Assembly (NCBI GenBank): GCA_965221775.1
Contig: CBDCSU010000006.1
Span: forward strand, 1,920,001 to 1,984,000
DNA: 64,000 bases
DNA from: Candidatus Latescibacterota bacterium
GTDB lineage: Bacteria; Latescibacterota; UBA2968; UBA8231
Reading direction: 5' to 3'
Part shown: piece by piece, positions 19,665 through 27,933 of the stretch
How positions within the stretch are numbered: position 1 is the stretch's first letter
How the letters are laid out: every line of letters begins with the position of its first letter
The notes under the pieces: model-generated
The model's input: only the letters and a program-made list of their open reading frames with translations
What the model was told of the DNA's origin: nothing
Databases searched by the model: none
Made by a program: the position numbers and the translations under genes

Positions 19665-21719
19665 TCAGCGGACACTCTTGGCCACCTCTACATATTCATA
19701 CCATCTGGTACGGAGTTCTCTGAGCTGCGGGGGTGACGTGCGCTTGCGAGCGTGCCAGAGAGCGGTTCTCCACTGCCTGACCAAGGCCTTGTCCTTGTCC
19801 TGCTTAGGCCTTGTCTGCCTGTAGGGGCGCCGCGCCTGCTCGGGGGAGCCGCAGAATACGGCTTTGAGTTGTTTGCGGCCGTCCTTGACAATCGCCCATA
19901 CGGGCATCCACGCGGGCAAGTGATCGTCTGGCCAAACGGCGATCTCGCCGGGGACTGGCCCGATTAGCGTGACGTGTGCAGAAAGATGTAATGGAAGATC
20001 CTGGGGGTACTCGGGGGGACCAGCACCTTGTGGAAAGTGGACGACAGCGCCGTTGGCGTACGGGAGGCAATCCGGGGTTGGCGTACCGGCGGAGTCACGG
20101 CGAAAGGGAGTATAATCGTGTCGTAGGGGGAGATGTGGGCTTTCCAGCCTGATGACTCTGCGAAGAGTCTGATGTTCTGTGCGAGCTTCTATACGTAGGG
20201 GCATCCCTTCCGGCAGGTCATCCTGTATCCGCCAGGTGTGGCTGAGCTCCTCGTCGTGTGCGAGTTCTTGTTTGTCTATGGTGACCGTTTCGTCCCCTAA
20301 CGCGTTCTCAAGGACTATGTGGGGAGGAGCGGTCTTGAGGTACACGTTTCCGCGTCCTGTCTTGATACCGCCCCTTAGGAGTAGCCTGACAGTGGTAGAT
20401 ACTGTGAGAACGTCTACCTCTGGGCATGAGTGGCGAGCGTTCTCGCCCTGATAGAGTGACCAACCGGGAGGTAGACCGTGGGAGGTACTATGTCGCCTGA
20501 AATTGTCGGAGTAGTCCTGTCCCCACTGAGAGACCCTGTCTATGTCCGCGCCTCTGGTCGCGATCAGGAACGGGGTGTTCCGCTGGAGGCGCTGCGTCTC
20601 AACATAGTCTGGAAGGCCGTCGTACTCACCAGGCATGAAGAGTTTGGTTGTAGCTGGGCGTAGCGTAGCAATCCACCCGTTTTCCTCGTCTTGCAGTTGT
20701 TCGCCATTTAGCCAATCGAGGACCGCGCCGTCAAGTTCGTGTGAAGTGACGGATTCGTAGAGCTTCTTAGACCACCCGCCAAGGAGATCTTCGCATGTCC
20801 ACTGGGATTCATCTGGGCTGCGGACGAAGCCGCACCCGTCTGCGGGGAAGGAGGCAGGTGTCCGGATCCGCACCCGGCAGGTAACGCGCTGAGCTAGAGG
20901 ATCATGCTGCAAGCAAAGACGGAGTGCGGCGGTCTTCCTTCGACGCTGAGACCCTGCATCGTCTTCTACGATAGTTCCATCCCAAGCCTCAAGCTCTTCA
21001 AGGACCACCTCAGAGAGAGCATCACGGAGGACATTGCTCTCGGGGTCCCTGGCATCAAGGAGTCGCAGGGTACGTCGATGGAGAAGAGCTCCTCCGTCCT
21101 CTCGCAGGAGACGGAGTATGACTTCCTGGGAAGGGAGATCTAGAGGATCCAGTTTGCGCTCGCTGAGCAAGAGTGGGAGGCGCTTGCGCTCATCTTCTGA
21201 GATGAGGGTTTGGGAGAGGGGCAGGCCGATTCGCCACCACTGTCCGCGGAAGCGGGCGACGAAGCGTCCCAAAGTCTCGTGGTTCTCCTCTCTACTCCAG
21301 TGTTCAAGATCGTCCCAGAGATCGATCATTCGATCGAAAGAGGACGGGGCGCGGGTGTCTCCAGGATGTCCAAGGAGATCGTTTAGCCGGGGGTAGTATG
21401 CGTGAGGGGCATAGTCGCCCTCTATGCCTCCCGCAAGCACGTAAAGGCCGAGATAAGCGATGTATGGAGGGTAGGAAAGGTCTCGATCTCTCCACCCTTC
21501 GAAGGCCTCTAACGCCCTTTGACAGATGCCTGACCGTGTCGTCCAGGGAGGGCCGGCCTTCACTGCGTCGACGAATTCGGCCAACCCGGCGCCGAAGGGT
21601 CCACCTAGTTCCTCGATTAAGGGCTCGTTCACATAGAGCAGGACTTCCTTGGCAGCCTTCTCTTCGGTGAAGAAATGGCTAGCGAGTAGGTCGTTCCATT
21701 GGAGGTAACTGAGCGGCAC
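19665..21719 (-). CDS. 684-aa hypothetical protein, first gene of the Druantia-like operon
   Basis: Long ORF with GGAGG SD that overlaps the next gene. No catalytic motif recognised. Confidence 0.85.
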   Translation of the reverse strand: MPLSYLQWNDLLASHFFTEEKAAKEVLLYVNEPLIEELGGPFGAGLAEFVDAVKAGPPWTTRSGICQRALEAFEGWRDRDLSYPPYIAYLGLYVLAGGIEGDYAPHAYYPRLNDLLGHPGDTRAPSSFDRMIDLWDDLEHWSREENHETLGRFVARFRGQWWRIGLPLSQTLISEDERKRLPLLLSERKLDPLDLPSQEVILRLLREDGGALLHRRTLRLLDARDPESNVLRDALSEVVLEELEAWDGTIVEDDAGSQRRRKTAALRLCLQHDPLAQRVTCRVRIRTPASFPADGCGFVRSPDESQWTCEDLLGGWSKKLYESVTSHELDGAVLDWLNGEQLQDEENGWIATLRPATTKLFMPGEYDGLPDYVETQRLQRNTPFLIATRGADIDRVSQWGQDYSDNFRRHSTSHGLPPGWSLYQGENARHSCPEVDVLTVSTTVRLLLRGGIKTGRGNVYLKTAPPHIVLENALGDETVTIDKQELAHDEELSHTWRIQDDLPEGMPLRIEARTEHQTLRRVIRLESPHLPLRHDYTPFRRDSAGTPTPDCLPYANGAVVHFPQGAGPPEYPQDLPLHLSAHVTLIGPVPGEIAVWPDDHLPAWMPVWAIVKDGRKQLKAVFCGSPEQARRPYRQTRPKQDKDKALVRQWRTALWHARKRTSPPQLRELRTRWYEYVEVAKSVR

Positions 21720-21861
21720 CCTATCCTCCGGGCCGTACGAGCATTAGTCTCAAACGATTGCCTAGGTAGGGATCTGAAAAGCGATCGGTCAAGGCAGGGG
21801 CATGGGAGATGGGCTTGGCGCGATCAGGAGGATAGCTGGGAGAGCCGCGCAGCCTTGTCCC

Positions 21862-22950
21862 TCACCCGTAGATCCCCCTCAACCGCTGCGCCGCCTCCGC
21901 CTGGTACTGCAGCTTCCGGTAGACTTCGTCCAGATCCACCCGTGCCGCGGACCCCGGGGCGAAGCCGCAGTCGGGGTTGAGGACGATGCGCTCGGCGCCG
22001 ATCACCTCGACGGCCTGCTCGACGCGGTCGACGATCTGGGCGGCGTCGTCGATCTCGCCGGGGTGGACGCTGACGCAGCCGAGGCCGATCTCCAGGTGGT
22101 CGGGCAACTGCTCCAGGACCTCCACGGCGCCGGCGCCGGGGTTGGTGAACTCCAGGGTCAGGTGGTCGGTGTCGAGCTGCTCCAAGGCGGGGACGATGGC
22201 GGCGTAGTCGCCGCTGTGGTAGGCCTCGCCGCGGACGCGGGCGCCGGCGCGGCGGCAGAGGTGCACGGCGCGCACGGCCTCGCCGGCGATGCCCACGAGG
22301 ACCTCGTTGTCCATGTCCACGGAGAAGGCGGCCTCCTCGTCGGCGCCCCAGTCGTCGTCGTCGTAGTGGGCCCGGACCTCGGGATCGACGAGGAGGCACA
22401 GGTGCGGATCGTCCACCTGCACGATGTCGGCGCCGGCCTCCACCACAAGTTCGGCCTCGCGCTGCAGGATCGGGGCCACGGCCTCGGCGAAGGAGCGGGG
22501 GGTGCCGTAGGCATCGGTGGACAGGTCCGCGTCCCACATGCGTTCGGCCAGGAGGGCCGGCGACGGCAGGGCGACCTTGATCAGGCGGTCGGTCAGCGAG
22601 CGGAGGTGTTTGACCTCGGCGGCTATCACCCCCTGGTCGCGGACGGCCACGTCCCCGGCGACCACGGTCCAGGGTCGTCCGTCCTCGGTCTGGCTCACCT
22701 CGAAGCCGTCCGCCAGCTCGGCGATGATGCCGATGTAGGAGGCCCGCCGCCACTCGCCGTCGGAGATCACGTCGAGGCCGGCCGCCTCCTGCACCGAGAC
22801 GGCGTAGGCCACGCCGGCGTCGAGGCGGCGCTGCCAGCCCTTGTCCCGGCGGCCGTCGACGACGATCTCGCGCACGTATCCCGGCCTGGGCAGGGAACCG
22901 ACCACAGACGTGGGAAAGAGGGTGCCGCAGCGCTCCACGAGGGACGGCAT
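21862..22950 (-). CDS. Cobalamin-independent methionine synthase II family (MetE C-terminal-like) protein
   Basis: TSVVGSLPRP, DVISDGEWRR, and Zn ligands HLCR, LE and NPDCGF. Confidence 0.88.
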   Translation of the reverse strand: MPSLVERCGTLFPTSVVGSLPRPGYVREIVVDGRRDKGWQRRLDAGVAYAVSVQEAAGLDVISDGEWRRASYIGIIAELADGFEVSQTEDGRPWTVVAGDVAVRDQGVIAAEVKHLRSLTDRLIKVALPSPALLAERMWDADLSTDAYGTPRSFAEAVAPILQREAELVVEAGADIVQVDDPHLCLLVDPEVRAHYDDDDWGADEEAAFSVDMDNEVLVGIAGEAVRAVHLCRRAGARVRGEAYHSGDYAAIVPALEQLDTDHLTLEFTNPGAGAVEVLEQLPDHLEIGLGCVSVHPGEIDDAAQIVDRVEQAVEVIGAERIVLNPDCGFAPGSAARVDLDEVYRKLQYQAEAAQRLRGIYG

Positions 22951-23711
22951 CAGCCGTACCTCCGCGGCCAGCTCTGGTTGGCCAGGGCGTAGTCCTCCTC
23001 GGTATCGACTTCGGCGTACTCGCCTCCGGTGGTCACCATGTGGAACCTCTCTCCCTGTTCGAGCATGTGCTGGTAGAGATGAATCAGATAGGCCTGGCGG
23101 AAGGTGGATCCGTCCTTCCAGACCTGCCCGTCAAAACGCGCCTGCACCCGGTGGTAGTGGCGTCGCAGGGCGGCGGCGCCGGCGGCGGAGAACCGGGCCA
23201 CGCCGATGTACTCGCCGCAGGCCTCGGATGAGGGCAGCCCGCGGCTGATCTTCAGCACCCGGTCGCCCTCGGCGATGACCTTCTCGGCGTCGTCCTCGGG
23301 GTGCTGGCTGCGGTCGGCGTAGCGCTCGCGCCAGCGGGTGTCGACGCAGAGCACGGCGTCGCCGGGATGGTCGATGGCGCGGCGCACCACCGCGGCCCGG
23401 TAGAGGATGTCGGCGTAGGTGACGAGGAAGCCGCCGTCCATGTGGTCCTCGGCGCACATGAGGGAGGCGAGGATGTTGGTGCTTTTCCAGTCGGGATTGT
23501 GGCGGAAGGTCAGGTGCGGGTAGTCGCCGCGGACCTGGTCGATGCGGTAGCCGCCGATGAAGACGCAGTCGCTGACGCCGGCCTCGCCCAGGGCCTGCAG
23601 CAGCCAGTCGAGGATCCGGCGGCCGCCGATGGGGGCATACGGCTTCGGCTGCTCGTCGGTGAGGGCCTTGAGGCGGCGGCCCCGTCCCGCTCCCAGGATC
23701 AGTGCTCGCAT
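22950..23711 (-). CDS. Nucleotidyltransferase (phosphocholine cytidylyltransferase-like)
   Basis: ILGAGRGRRL..LT...PK, YADI, GEYIG and EVDTEED. Confidence 0.88.
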   Translation of the reverse strand: MRALILGAGRGRRLKALTDEQPKPYAPIGGRRILDWLLQALGEAGVSDCVFIGGYRIDQVRGDYPHLTFRHNPDWKSTNILASLMCAEDHMDGGFLVTYADILYRAAVVRRAIDHPGDAVLCVDTRWRERYADRSQHPEDDAEKVIAEGDRVLKISRGLPSSEACGEYIGVARFSAAGAAALRRHYHRVQARFDGQVWKDGSTFRQAYLIHLYQHMLEQGERFHMVTTGGEYAEVDTEEDYALANQSWPRRYG

Positions 23712-23789
23712 GGGGGAACGATACTCCCTGCCCTGCACAGATCCTAACGCGGCCCCGGGGTCATCCGGGTGGGGTACTCCAACACGGGG

Positions 23790-24647
23790 TCATGGGGCGC
23801 GTTCCGCCGCCGCGGTCCGCTCGGCCGCCTTCAGACTGGCTTGCACCCGGTCGATGGGCAGGTCCTGGCGCCGTCGGTGGAGAAACATGCTGACATGGCT
23901 GTATCCGGCCCCTTGGAGCAGGCCGAGGGCGTCGATGTGACCGTCGCCGACCCGGTGGGGGTCGTGGGCGTCCGCGCCGATGACCACCGGAATGCGGCGC
24001 CCCGCCATCTCCGCCAACATGGCCGGTCCCGGGTGCATCTCGGCATAAGCCTTGTTGCGGCCCGAGGTGTTCAGCTCCATGGCCACACCGGTGGCGGCGA
24101 TGCGGTCGAGACAGGGGAGGATATGGTCCATGGCCTGCTCCGGGCGCCAGTGCGACGGGGCGAAATTCTTGACCAGGTCGGGATGGGCGATGGTGTCGAA
24201 CAGGCCGGTCTCGGCGGCCCGGGCCAGATGCTCGAAATAGGTGCCGATATAGGCGTCCACATCCCCCTCGTAGAAGCGGTGGAGGTATTGAGGAAGGTGG
24301 GGATGGACCGAACCGAGCACGTGGTGGAATGCGGCCATGCCGTGCAGCTTCTCCAGCCAGGGCTCCATGCCGGGCACGTAATCGCTCTCCATACCAAGGC
24401 GGACATCGACCTGGCCGGCCCAGGCTTTGCGGGCGCGCTCGACCATGGCCACGTAGTCGTCCAGTTCGTCCACGCCCATCCGCGTCTCCGGCGACCAGCC
24501 GTCGTCCGTGGGGTTGTGGTCGGTGACCACGATCCCCTTCAGACCCCGATGCAGGGCCACTTCGGCATACTCTTCCGGTTCGCCGCGTGCGTGTTTGCAG
24601 AGCGGGGTGTGCATGTGCATTTCGTACAGCATCGGCTCAAGTGCCAT
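23790..24647 (-). CDS. PHP-family histidinol-phosphatase (HisJ/HisK-like)
   Basis: HMHTPLCKHA, TDH, GSVH, AHPDL, ELNTSG and GADAH. Confidence 0.88.
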   Translation of the reverse strand: MALEPMLYEMHMHTPLCKHARGEPEEYAEVALHRGLKGIVVTDHNPTDDGWSPETRMGVDELDDYVAMVERARKAWAGQVDVRLGMESDYVPGMEPWLEKLHGMAAFHHVLGSVHPHLPQYLHRFYEGDVDAYIGTYFEHLARAAETGLFDTIAHPDLVKNFAPSHWRPEQAMDHILPCLDRIAATGVAMELNTSGRNKAYAEMHPGPAMLAEMAGRRIPVVIGADAHDPHRVGDGHIDALGLLQGAGYSHVSMFLHRRRQDLPIDRVQASLKAAERTAAAERAP

Positions 24648-27600
24648 GATCGCGATCGTGTCCCTGGGTATCGAGCAGGCCCCCGTGATCGATGCTGTCG
24701 CGAACGGCTGCCAGCGCCGCCGCCAGATCCGCCGGCGGCGGGAGGTGCACATCACCGGTTCGCAGGAACATCAGCCCCGGGACCGGGGATCCGCCGACGG
24801 CCCGCTCCAGGGCGGAGGCGTAGAGGGCGAGCTGAGGCAGATAGGCCTGGGAGGCGTCGGCCAGCGACCGGCCGCGCAGATCGTCGGTCTTGAAGTCGAG
24901 GACATGCCAGGTGCCGCCGGTCTCATAGGCCACGTCGATGGTGCCGTGCACCGGCACGCCATCCCAGTCCCAGGAAAAGGGCAGCTCGAAGTAGGCGCGA
25001 GTGCCCCCGTCGCGCAGGGTGACCGCCAGCGGGCTGCGGTCGAAGATGTCCAGCATACCGTCGACGTCTGCGACAACCCGGCGCACGGCCTGCTCGCCCA
25101 GACCACTATCCACCCTGTGGATCAGCTCGTCCAGGCGGGGCCGCTGTCCGGTCCTGAACCACTCCTCGATGGCATCGTGGGCAAGGCTGCCGCGGACAAG
25201 GCCGAGCCCGTCGCCGTGGTGGAAGTCGCCGCGGGAAGGCTCCTCCAGTCTCAGTGATGTCACGGGTGTGCTGGAGCGCAGGGGGATCACCGGCGGACGG
25301 GCCACCAGCGGGGCCACGAAGTCCTCTTCCTCGTCCTCCGGGGGGATCAGCACCGACTGAGGTGCCGCCCTGCCAGCGATGGCATCGAGGTCCACGGCAA
25401 TGGGTGGGCGGATCTCCACTCCTCCCGCTTCCGCGCCGAGGGCACTGTGGGCGGCTGCGAGCCATCCATCAGACCGTGGAGGATCATCGCCGCTGATGTA
25501 CAGCGCGTCGGCCGCCCTGGTGGCTGCGACGTAGAACAGACGTTTGTGCTCGGCCGCCTCTTCCGCCTCGTCTCGACTCAGCAGATAGGAGTAGAACCCC
25601 GGGCGTCTGCGGCTCGTCTCGTCCGACCCGATCTCCTTCTCGAGGGTCAGCGAGATCCCTTCCTCGGTGCGCCACCGGACCGCCTCGTAGGTCACACGCG
25701 ATGGCAGGTGCGCCTCCGGCACGAAGACGATGGGGAACTGCAGGCCCTTGGCTCCGTGGACGGTCAGCAGCCGCACGGCCTCCGACTGGTCGAGGACGGC
25801 CTGGCCTTCCCGGGCCTGCAGCTCGTCCCGCCGGCGCCGGACGTAGGCCACGAACTCGTCGAGGGAGGTGCCGGCCAGCTGGCGGGCGAGGTCCACGAAC
25901 TTGCGGATGTTGGCCAGGGCCTGATCGCCTCCCTGCAAAGGCGCCCACGCGGCCTCGAATCCCGTGAGGGCCAGGGCTCTCTCGAGAAGTGCGTCGGTCG
26001 GCAGGAATGCGACACCGTCTCGCAGTTCCTGGAGCACCTCGGCGGAACGCCTGCAGAACCGGCGGGCCTCCGCGGGCAGGGACTCGGGCGGGTCCCCGAG
26101 CGCCCTCAGGAGATTCCGGCCATGGGACCGAAGGGCCAGGAGGGACTGGTCGTCGATGGTGAACAGCGGCGACCGGAGGGCGCCCGCCAGGGCGATGGTG
26201 TCATCCGGCTCGGCCAGCCAGCCGAGGAGGTTGGTGAGATCGAGGACCTCCTGCCTGGTGAAGAACCCGGCGCCGGCGACCGTGCGGCAGGGGACTCCGC
26301 GACTCTCCAGCGCCTGCTCGAAGAGGTGGACGTTCGTCAGGCGGCGGAGCAGGACGGCCACGTCGGAGGCCCGTGCGGGGCGCAGCTCGCCCTCGTCCCT
26401 GTCCCACACGTCGACGGGACGGCCCAGAAGGGAGGCCACTTCCGCGGCCACGGCATCCGCCTCGACCTTTCTGCGCTCCTCGTCGACGGTCTTCCCGCCC
26501 TCGGGTGTTTGATTGGAGACCGGCAGCAGCACCAGGTACGGCGACTCGGGCGCCTCCGTGCCTCGTCCGGTCATCGCCTGCATGGGCGCCTCGAACTCCT
26601 CCCGCGCGTCCGCGAAGACGTGCTCGAAGAGGGCGTTGAGCGACCCCACGAGCGGGTCGTGGGCGCGGAAGGACTGGCTCAGGGAGTGGATGGCGCCCGA
26701 GGCGGAGATCCGTGTGTGGAGGCGTGTGAAGTTGCGGACATCGCTTCCGCGGAAGCGGTAGATCGCCTGCTTCACGTCGCCGACGAAGAACCGCTCGGGT
26801 CCCTTCAGGAGGTCGAGGAACTTGATCTGGGTCGGGTTGGTGTCCTGAAGCTCGTCCACCATCAGGTGCCGCAGGCGCGACCCGTAGGCAGCGGCGATCT
26901 CCGGATGCTCGCTGAGCAGCTCCGTGGCCCTGATCTCGAGGTCGAGATAGTCGAGGGCGACCAGCTCCTGCTTGCGGCTCGAGTACCGGGTGCAGGCGTC
27001 CCTGAAGAGGCTGCGCAGGGATGCGAGGGCCTCGAGGGCGGTCTGGTCATAGTCGTTCCACCGAGGGAGGGCCTTGAACCCCTTGGCCATGTCCCGGATC
27101 GAGCCCATGGCCTCCTTGACCTCCTTGATGTCCGCCGTCCAGTTCCGCGCACTACCGCCTCTCAGGTTGACTCTGGCCCCTGCCTTCTCGACGCGGGCCA
27201 GCAGGTCAGACGCGTCCCCTGCATCGGGGTCGCCCAATGCCGCCAGACAGTCGCGCAGGCGCGAGGACAGGGCATCGTCTCCGGAGCCTTCAAGGGCGGC
27301 TCTCAGCCACGCCGCCAGCTCCGCCAGCTCCGGCCGCGCCTCTTCCACCGCCGCCCTCAGCTCTTCGTCCAGCAGCTTCCGGACATGCTTGGCCCAGTCC
27401 TCCACGGTCTCTCCCGGAAGCGCCCGGTAGGCGGCCTCGACCTCGTCGCGCCGCGCAACCATCAGGGGAAGCTGGAGGGTGGCCGCGTACAGACCCAGCT
27501 CCCGCAGCGCCAGGGCCCTCTGATCGTCGGCGTCGGCGGCTGCTTCCAGCGCATCGATGCAGGCCCGGGTCAGCTCGAACTCGGCCTCGTCGTCGGCGAG

Positions 27601-27933
27601 GACCCTCGTGGCCGGATCGATGGCCGCTTCCACGGGGTGATCCCGCAGAATCCGGAGGCAGAGGGAGTGGATGGTGCCGATGATGGCCTCATCGATCTCC
27701 GCCCGGTGATGGCGCAGCTCCTCCCTCGTCAGCACCTCCCTGCGCACGCGCTCGCGCATCTCGGTGGCGGCGGCGTCGGTGAAGGTGACCGCCGCCATCT
27801 CGGAGATGCGGTGATCCGCGAGCAGGGAGACGTAACGATCGACGAGGACACGGGTCTTGCCGCTGCCGGCGCCGGCGGTGACCAGGACGTCACGACCGCG
27901 CTCGGCCAGGATCCCTGCCTGCTCCGATGTCAT
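24637..27933 (-). CDS. addA: AddA-like UvrD helicase/RecB-type nuclease
   Basis: AGAGSGKT, TFT, DELQDT, GDVKQAIYRFRG, TVHGAKGL, YVAATRA and a C-terminal GTID...DFKT..QLALY. The start overlaps the addB stop (ATGA). Confidence 0.88.
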   Translation of the reverse strand: MTSEQAGILAERGRDVLVTAGAGSGKTRVLVDRYVSLLADHRISEMAAVTFTDAAATEMRERVRREVLTREELRHHRAEIDEAIIGTIHSLCLRILRDHPVEAAIDPATRVLADDEAEFELTRACIDALEAAADADDQRALALRELGLYAATLQLPLMVARRDEVEAAYRALPGETVEDWAKHVRKLLDEELRAAVEEARPELAELAAWLRAALEGSGDDALSSRLRDCLAALGDPDAGDASDLLARVEKAGARVNLRGGSARNWTADIKEVKEAMGSIRDMAKGFKALPRWNDYDQTALEALASLRSLFRDACTRYSSRKQELVALDYLDLEIRATELLSEHPEIAAAYGSRLRHLMVDELQDTNPTQIKFLDLLKGPERFFVGDVKQAIYRFRGSDVRNFTRLHTRISASGAIHSLSQSFRAHDPLVGSLNALFEHVFADAREEFEAPMQAMTGRGTEAPESPYLVLLPVSNQTPEGGKTVDEERRKVEADAVAAEVASLLGRPVDVWDRDEGELRPARASDVAVLLRRLTNVHLFEQALESRGVPCRTVAGAGFFTRQEVLDLTNLLGWLAEPDDTIALAGALRSPLFTIDDQSLLALRSHGRNLLRALGDPPESLPAEARRFCRRSAEVLQELRDGVAFLPTDALLERALALTGFEAAWAPLQGGDQALANIRKFVDLARQLAGTSLDEFVAYVRRRRDELQAREGQAVLDQSEAVRLLTVHGAKGLQFPIVFVPEAHLPSRVTYEAVRWRTEEGISLTLEKEIGSDETSRRRPGFYSYLLSRDEAEEAAEHKRLFYVAATRAADALYISGDDPPRSDGWLAAAHSALGAEAGGVEIRPPIAVDLDAIAGRAAPQSVLIPPEDEEEDFVAPLVARPPVIPLRSSTPVTSLRLEEPSRGDFHHGDGLGLVRGSLAHDAIEEWFRTGQRPRLDELIHRVDSGLGEQAVRRVVADVDGMLDIFDRSPLAVTLRDGGTRAYFELPFSWDWDGVPVHGTIDVAYETGGTWHVLDFKTDDLRGRSLADASQAYLPQLALYASALERAVGGSPVPGLMFLRTGDVHLPPPADLAAALAAVRDSIDHGGLLDTQGHDRDHGT

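Larger units (their letters stand above)
17498..19675 (-). pseudogene. 339-aa hypothetical defence-operon gene interrupted by IS630
   Basis: Removing the IS and one TA joins 19675-19259 to 18100-17498 in frame (..VDKGTL|ATIGQTAALQCELDHPAGWKL..VTSTLSFEP..), total 1020 nt. The stop overlaps the helicase ATG (ATGA). Confidence 0.9.

Noticed and set aside
9158-21719. DISARM class II or a simple type II R-M system
   Set aside because: Helicase and DUF1998 are in one polypeptide, no phospholipase D (HKD) gene is seen, and no classical REase is evident. The architecture fits DruE better.
9016-21860. Integrase or att sites delimiting the low-GC island
   Set aside because: No recombinase, tRNA or convincing flanking direct repeat found by eye.
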